Positions 17,357-28,084 are shown, counted from the stretch's first letter. The stretch: 46,924 nucleotides of DNA from Conexibacter sp. (GCA_051953595.1 JBQCIQ010000022.1:1-46924), one strand, 5' to 3'. Notes: a model not told the origin generated them from the letters alone. Numbers and translations are program-made.

Positions 17357-17366
17357 CGCCCAGGTG

Positions 17367-18866
17367 CTACGGCGCCTCGGGCTGAGGCTGGCGGGCGTCG
17401 GCTTCGCGCAGCCCGGGATAGGAGTGCGCCCACGGTCGGATGGCCTCGAAGGCCGCGCTCGCCGCAAGCACGACGTCGTCGCGCAAGCGCGGGCCGGCGA
17501 TCTGCATCCCCACCGGGTAGCCCTCCGGCGTCAGCCCAGCGGGGACCGATGCCGCAGGGTGGCCGGTGAAGTTGAACACGAACGTCGGGCACCAGCCGAT
17601 CAGCGGATCGACGGCCTGTCCGTCGACCTCCGTCGGACCGAGCGTCATCCCGTCCGAGCCGTTCGCGATCGCCGGGACCGACAGCGTCGGCGAGACGAGC
17701 AGGTCGTAGTCGTCGAAGACGTCCTGCACCGCATGGAAGACGCGCGTGCGCACGAGGTCGTCGAGCTTGTACTCGACGGCGCTCATCGTCTCGCCGATCG
17801 CCAGGTAGTCGTGGATCGCCGGCTCCAGACCGCCGGCGCCCGGCGCCAGCAGGTCCCTGCCTTCCGCCCGCATCGCCGCGACCATCTGCCCGAGGTGCAC
17901 GCCGATGCCGCGCCGCCAGATCTCCGCCAGCCGCTCGTGAGAGGGCTCGAACTGCAGCTCGATCGAATCGACGGCCGCGCCGGCGTCGCGAAGGGCGCCG
18001 ACCGCATCGTCGACGACCGCGCGCACGCGCGCGTCGATCGGAAAGCCGCCGAGGTCGGGGCTGTACGCGACGCGCAGGCCCTCGATCGACCGACCGCACG
18101 CGCCGACGAGGTCGAGCCCCTCGTCCGGCAGCGACATCGGGTCGCGCGGGTGCGGCCCGGCCATCGCGGCGAGCGCGAGCGCGGCGTCGCGCACCGTGCG
18201 CGCGACCGGCCCGTGCTGGGCGAGCGGCGTGAAGAGGAAGGCGCTCGGCTCGTAGGTGTGCGCCACGCGTCCCCACGAGGGCTTGATCCCGTAGACGCCG
18301 CAGAGCGCCGCCGGGATGCGGACCGAGCCGCCGCCGTCGCCGGCCTGGGCGATCGCCGCCAGGCCGTCGGCGACCGCGGCCGCGCTGCCGCCGGAGGAGC
18401 CGCCGGCGTTCGTGCCGGCCGCGAACGGTGAGCTGGTCGGGCCGAAGACCAAGTTGTCGGTCGTCCCCTTATGGCCGAACTCCGGCGTGTTCGTCTTGCC
18501 GAGGATCACCGTGCCCGCGGCCCGCAGCCGCTGCGTCAGGATCGCATCGCGCTGCGGCACGTTGTCCGTCATCGTGCGCGAGCCGCAGGTCGTCGGCACC
18601 CCGGCGACGTCCTCGAGGTCCTTGATCGCGATCGGCACGCCGTGCAGCGGACCCCGCACCGCACCCTCGTCGAGCTCGTGCTGCAAGGCGTCGGCGGTCG
18701 CAAGCGCGTCGTCGACGAGCACGTGCACGTAGGCGCCCAGCTCCGGGTTGCGCTGCTCGATCCGCGCGAGGTGCGCGCCGACGACTTCCCGCACCGTCAC
18801 CTCGCGCGCGTGCATCAGGCGCGCCAGCTCGTGCGCAGGAGCAAAGCAGACGTCAATCTCTTCCAA
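17367..18866 (-). CDS. Amidase-signature family amidase
   Basis: Motifs GVPIAIKD, GKTNTPEFG, GGSSGGSAAAV and DGGGSVRIPA. Confidence 0.95.
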   Translation of the reverse strand: MEEIDVCFAPAHELARLMHAREVTVREVVGAHLARIEQRNPELGAYVHVLVDDALATADALQHELDEGAVRGPLHGVPIAIKDLEDVAGVPTTCGSRTMTDNVPQRDAILTQRLRAAGTVILGKTNTPEFGHKGTTDNLVFGPTSSPFAAGTNAGGSSGGSAAAVADGLAAIAQAGDGGGSVRIPAALCGVYGIKPSWGRVAHTYEPSAFLFTPLAQHGPVARTVRDAALALAAMAGPHPRDPMSLPDEGLDLVGACGRSIEGLRVAYSPDLGGFPIDARVRAVVDDAVGALRDAGAAVDSIELQFEPSHERLAEIWRRGIGVHLGQMVAAMRAEGRDLLAPGAGGLEPAIHDYLAIGETMSAVEYKLDDLVRTRVFHAVQDVFDDYDLLVSPTLSVPAIANGSDGMTLGPTEVDGQAVDPLIGWCPTFVFNFTGHPAASVPAGLTPEGYPVGMQIAGPRLRDDVVLAASAAFEAIRPWAHSYPGLREADARQPQPEAP

Positions 18867-18872
18867 CGTGTC

Positions 18873-19688
18873 TCACCTCGTCGCCGATCCTCGTTCTCCC
18901 AGCCGCGGCGCCTCATCGATCTGCCGCGAGCCGCGGCCGAGCATCTGCTTCGCGGTCGTGTCGAGCAGCTCCCGCGAGTACTGCTCGCGGGGGCCGGCGA
19001 AGAAGGCGGCCGCGGGCGAGTGCTCCACGAGCTTGCCGTCGCGCAGGACGACGACGTCGTCGGCCATGACCTTGGCGAGCCCGAGGTCGTGCGTGACGAG
19101 CACCATCGTCAGCTCCTGCGCATCCTGGAGGTCGAGCAGCAGGTTCGCGATCTGCGCCTGGACCGAGACGTCGAGCGCGGACGTCGGCTCGTCGCAGAGG
19201 AGCAGCTTCGGATTCGCCGCGAGCGCACGGGCGGTGACGATGCGCTGCAGCTGGCCGCCGCTGAACGATCTCGGCCTCTCTCCCGCGCGGACAGGATCGA
19301 TGCCGACGCGCTGCATCAGGTCGGCAACTCGACGGCGCCGCTCCTGCTTGGGGACGCCGCGCATCGGCTCGGCGATGCTCGTGCCGACGCTGGCAAAGCG
19401 GTTGAGCGCGTTCGCCGGGTGCTGGAAGACCATCTGGACGGGCGAGACCCTGCCGTTGCGCACGCGCGTCGGCTCGCCGTGGATCAGCACCTCTCCCGCT
19501 GCCGGCTGTTCCAGCCCCGCGATGATGCGCGTGAGCGTGCTCTTGCCGGCGCCGCTCTCGCCGATCACGGCGGTGGTCCGTCCACGCGCGACCTCGAAGG
19601 AGATGTCGTCGAGCACCGTGTGTCTGTTCGCCAGCTGCCCGTAGTGGTGGCTGACGCCCACGACTTGCAGCACGGGCGATGCGCTCAT
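18873..19688 (-). CDS. Opp/Dpp-family ABC ATPase (F-type)
   Basis: Motifs GESGAGKST, FSGGQLQR and CDEPTSALD. Confidence 0.92.
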   Translation of the reverse strand: MSASPVLQVVGVSHHYGQLANRHTVLDDISFEVARGRTTAVIGESGAGKSTLTRIIAGLEQPAAGEVLIHGEPTRVRNGRVSPVQMVFQHPANALNRFASVGTSIAEPMRGVPKQERRRRVADLMQRVGIDPVRAGERPRSFSGGQLQRIVTARALAANPKLLLCDEPTSALDVSVQAQIANLLLDLQDAQELTMVLVTHDLGLAKVMADDVVVLRDGKLVEHSPAAAFFAGPREQYSRELLDTTAKQMLGRGSRQIDEAPRLGERGSATR

Positions 19689-20671
19689 CGCGAGACCTCC
19701 TGCAGCAGTTCGGCGTAGTGGCAGGCGGCCGCGTGCCCGGACGGCCCCGCGAGCGGCGGCCGGATCTCGGCGCAGCGGTCCCGCGCGATCGAGCAGCGCG
19801 TGCGGTACGGGCAGCCCGACGGCCACCGCCCCGGCGCCGGTGGCGACCCTTCGACGATCGGCAGGCGCTCCCGCGGCGGCGCGTCGAGCGCGATCGAGCA
19901 CGCGAGCAGCGCCTTCGTGTACGGGTGCCCCGGATCCGCGAGGACGGCCGCCGTCGGCCCGCACTCCACGACGCGCCCCGCGTACATGACGGCGATGCGG
20001 TCGCAGAAATGGCTGATGACGCCGAGGTCGTGACTGACGAGGAACGCCCCCGTGCGTTCGCTCTGGGCCGTGCGGCGGAACAGCTGCATGACCTCGACGC
20101 GGACGTTGGCGTCGAGCGCGGAGGTCGGCTCGTCGAGGACGAGCACGCGCGGCCGCGGCATCAGGCCCATCGCCGTGGCGACGCGCTGGGCCATCCCGCC
20201 GCTCAGCTGATGCGGGTAGAGGCGCTGGATCAGCGCGGGGTCCGGGAAGCCCATGCTGGCGAGCAGCTCCGACGCGCGCTCGCCCGCCTCCGCCTTGGAC
20301 GCCAGGCCGAGCCGCACGACGCCCTCGGTCAGCTGGTCGCCGATGCGGACGAGCGGATCGAGCATGCCGACCGGGTTTTGCAGGACGACCGACGTCGCCC
20401 TGCCCAACCAGGCGCGCAGCTGGCGTACGTCCTCGAGCGCGACCTCCGTCTCGCCGATGCGCACGCGCCCGCTGGCCCGCGTGCCGGCCGGCAGGAGCCC
20501 CAGGATCGCCCGCATCGTCAGCGTCTTGCCGGCGCCCGTCTCGCCGACCACGCCGACGAGCTCGCCGGCGCCGAGCTGCAAGCTCACCCCGTCGACGAGC
20601 GTGACCGGGGGCTTGCCCGCGACCGCCGTCACGACGCGAACGTCCTCCATCTGGAATGCGATGTCGCTCAT
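19685..20671 (-). CDS. Opp/Dpp-family ABC ATPase (D-type)
   Basis: Motifs GETGAGKT, LSGGMAQR and HPYT, plus a C-terminal Cys cluster. Confidence 0.92.
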   Translation of the reverse strand: MSDIAFQMEDVRVVTAVAGKPPVTLVDGVSLQLGAGELVGVVGETGAGKTLTMRAILGLLPAGTRASGRVRIGETEVALEDVRQLRAWLGRATSVVLQNPVGMLDPLVRIGDQLTEGVVRLGLASKAEAGERASELLASMGFPDPALIQRLYPHQLSGGMAQRVATAMGLMPRPRVLVLDEPTSALDANVRVEVMQLFRRTAQSERTGAFLVSHDLGVISHFCDRIAVMYAGRVVECGPTAAVLADPGHPYTKALLACSIALDAPPRERLPIVEGSPPAPGRWPSGCPYRTRCSIARDRCAEIRPPLAGPSGHAAACHYAELLQEVSR

Positions 20672-21558
20672 TTGTCGACCACCTCCGCATCGACGCCGAA
20701 GTAGTCGCGCAGGCCGTCTCCGACGAGGTTCGCCGCCAGCAGCAGCAGCGCCAGCATCACGCCCGGGAACACGACGACCCACCAGGCCTGCGCGAGCGTC
20801 GTGCGCCCCTGCGCGATCAGGAAGCCGAGGCTCGTCGCAGGCGGCTGCACGCCGAGGTTCACGAACGAGAGGCTCGCCTCCCACAGCAGCACGAAGCCGA
20901 GCTGCAGCGATGCGATCACGAGCACGACCGAGCCGACCGACGGCAGCAGGTGGCGCAGGACGATGCGCACGTGGCCGACGCCGGCGAGCCGCGCCGCGGC
21001 GATCGACGCGCGCTGCTTCTCGATCAGGACCTGGGTCCGTACGAGCCGCGCGTACGTGACCCAGCTGACGATGCTGACGAGCAGGATCAACGTCGTCTGG
21101 CTGTTCCCGACGACGGCCGCCGCCGCGATGAACAGCAGCAGCGGCGGGATCGCCAGCTGCAGGTCGACGGCGCGCATCAGCAGCGTGTCGAGCACGCCGC
21201 CGACGTACGCCGAGACCACGCCCACGGCGACGCCCAGCAGCGCGGACAGCGCGACGATCGCGATGCTGATCTTCAGCGAGGTCGTGATGCTGTGCGCGAT
21301 CCACGACAGCACGTCGCGCCCCAGCGAGTCGGTGCCCAGCGGATGCCCGGCGCTGAGCGGCGCCGCGAACACGTCGCGCAGGTCCTGTCTGTTGGGGTCC
21401 ACCATGAACAGCGCCCCGACCAGGGCGAGCGCGAGCGCGGCCGCGAAGATCCCGATCCCGACCGCCAGCGCGCCGTCGACGCCGCGGAACCGACCGCCGC
21501 CGAGGCGCATGCCGACGCGCGTCCGGGCGCCGGAGTCGGCCTGCGTCGCCGCGCTCAT
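20668..21558 (-). CDS. Opp/Dpp-family ABC permease (C-type)
   Basis: Motif HPLGTDSLGRD, an EAA-like loop and WWVVVFPG. Confidence 0.92.
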   Translation of the reverse strand: MSAATQADSGARTRVGMRLGGGRFRGVDGALAVGIGIFAAALALALVGALFMVDPNRQDLRDVFAAPLSAGHPLGTDSLGRDVLSWIAHSITTSLKISIAIVALSALLGVAVGVVSAYVGGVLDTLLMRAVDLQLAIPPLLLFIAAAAVVGNSQTTLILLVSIVSWVTYARLVRTQVLIEKQRASIAAARLAGVGHVRIVLRHLLPSVGSVVLVIASLQLGFVLLWEASLSFVNLGVQPPATSLGFLIAQGRTTLAQAWWVVVFPGVMLALLLLAANLVGDGLRDYFGVDAEVVDK

Positions 21559-22475
21559 GCTTGCGTCCTCAAGCGCGGGTCGATCGCCAGCACAAGCACG
21601 TCGGCGACGAGGTTCAGCAGCACGTACACACCGGCGACCACGACCACCAGCGCCTGGATCACGGTGAGGTCGGAGTTGTTCGTCGCCGTGATCGCGAGCG
21701 TGCCGATCCCGGGCCAGCCGAACACGGCCTCGACGATGATCGTGCCGCCGAACAGCCAGCCGATCTGCAGGGCCATGAACGTCACGAGCGGCGGCATCGC
21801 ATTGTGGAGCGCATGCCGCAGCACGATGTCCCGCTCCGACAGGCCCTTCGCACGCAGCGCGGTGACGAACTCCATGCCCATGATGTCGAGCAGCTGAGAG
21901 CGCAGCAGCCGCACGACCGTCGAGACCAACGGCAGCGCGAGCGCAGCGATCGGCAGGATGTACGAGGTCCAGCCGTTGTTGCCGAAGCTCGGCAGCCAGC
22001 GCAGCTTCACCGAGAAGATCAGCACGAGCACGACGCCGAGCCAGAACGACGGCAGACCCTGCACCAGGATCAGCGAGTTGCGCAGGCCCCGGTCGAGCAG
22101 CGAGTCTCGCCGCAGCACCGACAGCAGCGACACGGGCACGGAGATGAGCACGGTCACCACTACCGAGCCGAGCACGAGGTAGATCGTCGCGGGGAGCGCG
22201 TCGGTGACGAGCGTCAGGGCGCCGACCGGCTGGCGGAACGAGCGTCCGAAGTCACCGTGGAGCACTGACGCCATGTAATCGGCGAACTGCGTGAGCAGCG
22301 GCCGGTCATAGCCATACAAGTGAATCAAGTGCCGCTTCTCCCCGACGCTGATCAGCTGACCGCCGAGCACGCCGACGGGGTCGCCGGAGACGTTGACCAG
22401 CACGAAGCTGATCGCTACCGCACCGAGCAGGACGAGCGCGCCCTGCCCGATGCGGATGGCGATGTAGCGGATCAT
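21555..22475 (-). CDS. Opp/Dpp-family ABC permease (B-type)
   Basis: Motifs GDFGRS, RAKGLS, EAVFGWPGIG and DPR. Confidence 0.92.
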   Translation of the reverse strand: MIRYIAIRIGQGALVLLGAVAISFVLVNVSGDPVGVLGGQLISVGEKRHLIHLYGYDRPLLTQFADYMASVLHGDFGRSFRQPVGALTLVTDALPATIYLVLGSVVVTVLISVPVSLLSVLRRDSLLDRGLRNSLILVQGLPSFWLGVVLVLIFSVKLRWLPSFGNNGWTSYILPIAALALPLVSTVVRLLRSQLLDIMGMEFVTALRAKGLSERDIVLRHALHNAMPPLVTFMALQIGWLFGGTIIVEAVFGWPGIGTLAITATNNSDLTVIQALVVVVAGVYVLLNLVADVLVLAIDPRLRTQA

Positions 22476-22485
22476 GCCGCCGGCC

Positions 22486-24126
22486 TCAATTCCCCGCCAG
22501 GTACTGCTTCGTCCAGTTCGGATCGAACCCGTCCTTCGGCGGTACGTGGTCCTTGAGCGCGCTGGTCGACGCGTCCTCCGTCGTGACGGTGAACAACGAC
22601 ATGGACGGCAACTGCTTCGACGTCTCCTCGAGCGCCGCGGCGATGATCCGCTCGCGCGCGGGCCCATCCGCAGTCGTGCTCATCTGGTTGACCAGATCGA
22701 CCAGCTTCTTACCGTCGTAGTGAGGCACGGCCGTAAAGTCGCCAGACGTGTAATGGAAGGGGCCACCGTTGATCCACCCGATCGGAATCAGATGGATGGC
22801 GTACTTGCGATGCGCCTTGATGAGGTCGGGCACCGCAGCGGTCTCCGGCAGTGAGATGACCTTGATGTCGAAGCCCCCGGCCTTCGCCTGCTCCGCGAGC
22901 GCCTGCGCGATCCCGGTGCCGTCAGCGACGGTGCCGTACGCGACGATCGTCATCTTCACCGGCTGCTTCAGCCCCGCCTCAGCGAGCAGCGCCTTCGCCT
23001 TCTCGGGGTTGTAGGCGTACTTCGTCTGCGGCTCGCGGTACCCGTACAGCCCCGGCGGCATCACCGAGTCGATCACGCTGGCCTCGCCGAGCATCACGCC
23101 CTTCGCGATCGCCTCGCGGTCGATCGCCCACGCGAACGCCTGCCGCACGCGCACGTCGTTCAGCGGTGCGGTCTGGGTGCCGAAGCTGAGCAGGTAGTTC
23201 GTCCACGACGGCGTTCTCGAGACGGTCAGCCGCGGGTCGCCGGCCAGCCCCTGCGCCTCGCGCGGCGAGACGCCCATGACGAGGTCGATGTCACCGGCCT
23301 GGAGGGCCGAGATGCGCGCGCTCTCCTCTGAGATCGGCTCCATGTCGAGCTGCTCGATGTGCGGGCCGCCGCCCCAGTAATCCGGGTTTGCGTGGGCGAC
23401 GACGCGACCCGTCGAGAAGAATCTGTCGAGGATGTACGGTCCGGTGCCGCTCGCCTGCGTGGCTACGCGCTTCTTGGCCGCGTCCATCGAGCCGGTCAGC
23501 AGCTTGGGCGAGATCATGGCGATGAACGGCGCGAAGCGGGCGAGGTCGGGGAACGGCTTGTCGTACGAGACCACGAGCGTGTACGCGTCCGGCGTTCTGA
23601 CGGCGGCAGGATCGCCCACCGCGAATCTCCACAGGCTCTCGTCGTTCTGGTAGTACTCGAACGACTTCTTCGCGGCCTCGGCGTTGAATTCAGCGCCGTC
23701 CGAGAACTTCACGCCTCTGCGCAGTGTGAACGTCCACACCGTCGCATCTGCGTTGCTTCTCCAAGCGGTAGCGAGCGCTGGTGACAGATCCCCGCTCTCC
23801 TGATCGCGCGTGAGCAGGCCGTCGTACAGCGCCGTGACGATCGGCAAGGAGTAGTGCGCGATCATTCTCGTCGGATCGAGCGTCTGCGGCTGGCCCGGGA
23901 GAGCCACGCGCAGCGTGCCCGTCGGTCTTGCCGGCGGCTGACCCCCGGCCGCGGCGCCTCCGCTGCCGCCGCCAGCGCCGCCGGCTCCGGATCCGCCGCA
24001 CGCCGCGACGCCCACCGCCAGCGCGAGCGCAACCATAACGGCCGACACGCGACGCGCGCACAGCGCCGCACGGTATGGGGAATTTGGCCTCCGCGCGACG
24101 CGCGGAAGCAATTCAGCCTTCCTCAT
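22486..24126 (-). CDS. Family 5 ABC substrate-binding lipoprotein
   Basis: Lipobox VAAC. Motifs TLDP, FTLRRGVKFSDG and VRQAFAWAIDR. Confidence 0.92.
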   Translation of the reverse strand: MRKAELLPRVARRPNSPYRAALCARRVSAVMVALALAVGVAACGGSGAGGAGGGSGGAAAGGQPPARPTGTLRVALPGQPQTLDPTRMIAHYSLPIVTALYDGLLTRDQESGDLSPALATAWRSNADATVWTFTLRRGVKFSDGAEFNAEAAKKSFEYYQNDESLWRFAVGDPAAVRTPDAYTLVVSYDKPFPDLARFAPFIAMISPKLLTGSMDAAKKRVATQASGTGPYILDRFFSTGRVVAHANPDYWGGGPHIEQLDMEPISEESARISALQAGDIDLVMGVSPREAQGLAGDPRLTVSRTPSWTNYLLSFGTQTAPLNDVRVRQAFAWAIDREAIAKGVMLGEASVIDSVMPPGLYGYREPQTKYAYNPEKAKALLAEAGLKQPVKMTIVAYGTVADGTGIAQALAEQAKAGGFDIKVISLPETAAVPDLIKAHRKYAIHLIPIGWINGGPFHYTSGDFTAVPHYDGKKLVDLVNQMSTTADGPARERIIAAALEETSKQLPSMSLFTVTTEDASTSALKDHVPPKDGFDPNWTKQYLAGN

Positions 24127-24180
24127 GCAGTGCCTCTCCTCCTGTTCCCACCGAGCCCGTTCCGGACCGGTCACAGCATC

Positions 24181-24252
24181 GAACAAGGGACAGATTGCTT
24201 AGTCAAGGTATCGATCCAGGCCATCAAGGATCGCGAAGTATCAATGCGTACC
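24181..24252 (-). promoter_or_regulatory. Conserved promoter/operator element, copy 1 (with an extra box at 24236-24252)
   Basis: + strand gaacaagGGACAgattgcttaGTCAAGGTATCgat, then aaGTATCAATgcGTACC. Confidence 0.7.
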
Positions 24253-24257
24253 AAGCA

Positions 24258-25433
24258 TCAATCGAGACAGGCGGCGAGCGCGTCGAGCAGCGCTCGCGCG
24301 CGCGGGTCACCGGCAGGATCGGCGCGCAGCTCGTTCATCGCATACGAGAAGCCCACGCGGTGCTCCGGCCAGGCGCCGTGGACGCTGCCGCCGGCGCCGC
24401 TGTGGCCGAACGCGCGCGCCGCCGGGCCGAAGCGGCCGTCGGCGGTCTGCAGCTCGAAGCCGATGCCGAACGCGAGGCGCTCACCGGTGTAGGGATGCGT
24501 TCCCGCGGCAAGCGGCGCGGTCGCCAGCGCGAGCGCGTCCGCCGTCAGGAGGCGCACGCCGTCGAGCGCTCCGCCGCAGGCGAGCGCGCCGTAGAGCCGC
24601 GCGATCGAGCGTGCGCTCCCGATCGCGTTCGCGCCCGCGATCTCGGCCGCATGAAAGGCGCGCCGGTTCCACGGCAGGTCGCCCGCCTCGAACAGCGGCG
24701 GATTGCGCCAGATCGACTCCCACACGGCGTCGCCCGGGAACGCGTCGGCGCGCGCCACCAGGCCTTGGCCCCAATCGCGGCCGCAGCGCAGCGTCGAGAC
24801 GCGCGGCTCGAACCGCTCCGGGAGCCCGAGCCACACCTCCAGCCCGAGCGGCTCGGCGACCTCCTCCGCCAGGAAGCGACCGAGCGTGCGGCCGTCGACC
24901 CGGCGGACCAGCTCGCTGCACATCCAGCCGAATGTGAAGGGGTGGTAGATGAACGCCAAGCGCGGATCCCGCTCCGGCGCTTGCGCGGCGACAAGCGCTG
25001 CCATCCGTCGGTGGTCGAGGAGCTCGTCCTCGCCGACGGGAACCCGCACGCCTGGCAGGCAGGCCCGGTGCGAGACGACCTCCGCCACCGTGATCGACTG
25101 CTTGCCGGCCACGGCGAACTCGGGCCAGTGGCGGCAGACGGGATCGTCGAGGCACAGCCTGCCACGCTCGACCAGCATCGCCACGCACAGGCCCACGAGC
25201 CCCTTCGTGCCGGAGAAGATCAGCTGGAGCGTGTCCTCGCGCCACGGCCTTCCCGCGTCGGCGTCTGCCACGCCGCCCCACAGGTCCACGACAGGCCGGC
25301 CGTCGCGCGTGACGGCGAACGCCGCGCCCAGCTCCCCGCGCTCCGTGAAGTTGCGCGCGAACGCGTCTGCGACCGGCTCGAAGCCAGAGGCGACCGTGCC
25401 GCCGCACGGGGTGGTGCCGCCGCTCGGGCTCAT
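24258..25433 (-). CDS. Serine hydrolase, beta-lactamase/family VIII esterase fold
   Basis: SGTK (SxxK), YH and FGHSGAGGS. Confidence 0.92.
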   Translation of the reverse strand: MSPSGGTTPCGGTVASGFEPVADAFARNFTERGELGAAFAVTRDGRPVVDLWGGVADADAGRPWREDTLQLIFSGTKGLVGLCVAMLVERGRLCLDDPVCRHWPEFAVAGKQSITVAEVVSHRACLPGVRVPVGEDELLDHRRMAALVAAQAPERDPRLAFIYHPFTFGWMCSELVRRVDGRTLGRFLAEEVAEPLGLEVWLGLPERFEPRVSTLRCGRDWGQGLVARADAFPGDAVWESIWRNPPLFEAGDLPWNRRAFHAAEIAGANAIGSARSIARLYGALACGGALDGVRLLTADALALATAPLAAGTHPYTGERLAFGIGFELQTADGRFGPAARAFGHSGAGGSVHGAWPEHRVGFSYAMNELRADPAGDPRARALLDALAACLD

Positions 25434-25437
25434 CGAC

Positions 25438-26238
25438 TCAGCCGCTCTTCAGCTCGTGCAGGAGGCTGCCCCCGTCCACGACGATCGCCTGACCGGTGAC
25501 GTACGACGCCCCCGGCGAGGCAAGGAACGCGACCACCTCCGCCAGCTCCGCGGGCGTGCCCGCGCGTCCGACCGGTGCGTGCTCGGCAGCGCGACGCTCC
25601 TCGTCACCGAGCGCTCCCGTGTCGATCGATCCGGGCGCGACGCTGTTGACGGTGATCCCGCTCGGCCCGAGCTCGAGCGCGAGCGCGCGCGTCAGCCCGT
25701 CCACGCCCGCCTTCGCCGCCGCGTAGGCCGCCATCCCGGGCTGCACGACGAGCGGTCCGGTGACCGACGAGACGTTGACGATGCGGCCGCTGCCACGTCT
25801 CGCCATCCCGGGGGCGACGACCCGGCAGGTCCGAAACGTGGTGCCGAGGTTGAGGTCCAGCGCCCGGTCCCAGTCCGCCGGCTCGACGTCGGTGAAGAGC
25901 GGACGCGGTGTCTCGTAGCCGGTCTGCGCCCAACCGGCGTTGTTGACGAGCACGTCGATCGGCCCGAGCCGCTCCTCCACCTCGGCGACGAGCTGCTCGA
26001 CCTGCGTCCAGTCCGTGAGGTCGGCGACGACGCCGTGCGCACGGTCGAGCTCGGCAGCGCGCTCGAGCACGCGGTCGGTCGTCGCGGTGACCGCCACCCG
26101 GGCGCCGCGCGCGGCCAGCGCGCGCGCGGCGGCGAAGCCGATCCCCGTCGGGCTGCCGGCACCGGTGACGAGCGCGACCCGCCCGGCAAGCGAACCGCTG
26201 TCGCGTTCGCCGACGCGACTGGGCACGGAAGACGTCAT
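25438..26238 (-). CDS. SDR family oxidoreductase (FabG-like)
   Basis: Motifs TGAGSPTGIG, NNAG and YAAAK. Confidence 0.93.
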   Translation of the reverse strand: MTSSVPSRVGERDSGSLAGRVALVTGAGSPTGIGFAAARALAARGARVAVTATTDRVLERAAELDRAHGVVADLTDWTQVEQLVAEVEERLGPIDVLVNNAGWAQTGYETPRPLFTDVEPADWDRALDLNLGTTFRTCRVVAPGMARRGSGRIVNVSSVTGPLVVQPGMAAYAAAKAGVDGLTRALALELGPSGITVNSVAPGSIDTGALGDEERRAAEHAPVGRAGTPAELAEVVAFLASPGASYVTGQAIVVDGGSLLHELKSG

Positions 26239-26304
26239 GCCTCTCCTCTCTCAAATGGGCAGCGCTGTCGCTGCGAAAACCGTCTCTCCTGTCGAGTTCG
26301 ATTT

Positions 26305-26346
26305 GAACATCGGACAGAATGAACTTCAAGGTACTAATTTAGTCAC
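26305..26346 (-). promoter_or_regulatory. Conserved promoter/operator element, copy 2
   Basis: + strand GAACATCGGACAgaatgaactTCAAGGTActAATttAGTcac. Confidence 0.7.
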
Positions 26347-26385
26347 GTAAGAGGCAGGCGCGCGAACGCGGGATGCGGCGCTTGC

Positions 26386-28077
26386 TCACGTCTCGGCGGG
26401 GATCACCGGCAGCTCGATCCACGAAGGCCGTGCTTGGTCATGGTAGACGCGCTGCTGGGCGACCTCGATGCGCGGCTCGCGCTGCCTGCCGGTGTTGAGG
26501 TTGCGGTCCCACCGCGGGAAGCTGCTGCTCGTGACGTGCACGCGAATGCGATGGCCGGCCAGGAACACGTTGCTGGTCGACCACAAGTCGATCTCGTACC
26601 GACCCGCCTCCTGCAGGCCGCCGCGCACGCGCACGATGCCGTCGCAGACGTTGAACGAGCGGCCGTCCGGATGCACGTCGCACAGCCGCCCGACCCAGTC
26701 GGTCGACGGCGCCGAGCTGGCGGCGTGCAGGACGAGACGCACGCGTCCGGTCACCTCCAGGTCCCGCTCCAGCGGCTCCGAGGTGAACACGCACACGTCC
26801 GGTCGCGCTTCCACGCGCGCCTGGTCGAAGGGGCCGGGCGGGAAGGCGGGCATGTCGCAGGTGGCTCCTCCAACCGTCGGGACCGGGTCCGCCGGGTCGT
26901 ACGTGAACGCCGTCGGCGCGGCATCGACCGTCGGCGCCTCCCGACCCAACGTGCCGCCGGCGCCGAGGAACCACCGCTCGTCGCGTGCCCGTGCGGGCGG
27001 CCACGACGATTCGTCCCGCCATTCGTTGCGGCCCATCACGAAGATCCGCACCGGAGCCCCCGACGGCGCCGGGTCCGCTTCGGTGCCGGACGCGAGCTGG
27101 CGGCGGAACCAGGCGAGCTGGAGGTCGTCGAGGTCGCCCTCCTCGTGCACGGGGACGCCGAGCCCGCTTGCCCGGATGCCGAAGCAGAGGTCGCCGATCG
27201 GGTCGCGCAAGGCGAGGCTGTGCACCCATGGGCCGACGACGAGGCGGGCCGGACGTCCGACCGCCGCCATCGCCATGTAGTTGTCGAGCGTGCCCTGCAC
27301 GAAGATGTCGTGCCAACCGCCGATGTGGAGCGTCGGCACCGTCACGCGCTCGTGCACGACGCGAGAGCGGGTCGCGACGGTGGGATCCGAGAGCGCCTGC
27401 AGCGACCCGAGGTCGGGAGCCGCGTGGTGGCGGAGCATCTCGTGGACCGGCAGCTGCCGATAGCCCGTCTCGGCGAGCCGGTCGTAGTCGTCGAGCAGCG
27501 ACGCGAAGCGGCGGTCGCGCTCCTCGTCGGAGATCGGCAGCCGCGCGAGGTGACCGAGCTCCATCCCGATCGTCCACGGCAACACGAGGCCGAGCTCCAC
27601 CGCACCGCCGCGCGCGAACACTCCGTCCATCGGGTCGGACCACGTGATCGCCGGCGCGATCGCCGCAAGCGAAGGCGGCTGCTCGGCAGCCGCCATCCAC
27701 TGCGTGTTGCCGAAGTAGCTGCAGCCGTACATGCCGACGCGGCCATCGGAGCCCGGCAGGCGCGCCGCCCACTCGACCGTGTCGTAGCCGTCCTCGCGCT
27801 CGAAGCAGAGCGGCGCCCACTCGCCGTCGGACGCGAAGCGGCCGCGCGTGTCCTGCACGACGACCATGAAGCCCCGCCGCGCCGCGTTGACGGGGTTCAG
27901 CCAGGCGAGCTGCGCCGGGTCCCCCTTCCCGTAGGGCAGGCGCGTCAGCAGCGTCGGCCACGGCCCGTCGCCCCCCGGGCGGTAGACGTCCGCTCGCAGC
28001 GTGACGCCGTCCCGCATCCGCGCCGGGACGTCGAGCTCGACCGTGATGCGGTCCGTGGCCGCAGCCGAAGTGGACAC
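26386..28077 (-). CDS. CocE/NonD family hydrolase (peptidase S15-like)
   Basis: Motifs MRDGVTLRAD, RLPYGK, QDTRGRFAS, GCSYFG nucleophile, GWHD, GPWVH and SSSFPRWDRN. Confidence 0.93.
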   Translation of the reverse strand: MSTSAAATDRITVELDVPARMRDGVTLRADVYRPGGDGPWPTLLTRLPYGKGDPAQLAWLNPVNAARRGFMVVVQDTRGRFASDGEWAPLCFEREDGYDTVEWAARLPGSDGRVGMYGCSYFGNTQWMAAAEQPPSLAAIAPAITWSDPMDGVFARGGAVELGLVLPWTIGMELGHLARLPISDEERDRRFASLLDDYDRLAETGYRQLPVHEMLRHHAAPDLGSLQALSDPTVATRSRVVHERVTVPTLHIGGWHDIFVQGTLDNYMAMAAVGRPARLVVGPWVHSLALRDPIGDLCFGIRASGLGVPVHEEGDLDDLQLAWFRRQLASGTEADPAPSGAPVRIFVMGRNEWRDESSWPPARARDERWFLGAGGTLGREAPTVDAAPTAFTYDPADPVPTVGGATCDMPAFPPGPFDQARVEARPDVCVFTSEPLERDLEVTGRVRLVLHAASSAPSTDWVGRLCDVHPDGRSFNVCDGIVRVRGGLQEAGRYEIDLWSTSNVFLAGHRIRVHVTSSSFPRWDRNLNTGRQREPRIEVAQQRVYHDQARPSWIELPVIPAET

Positions 28078-28084
28078 GTGGACC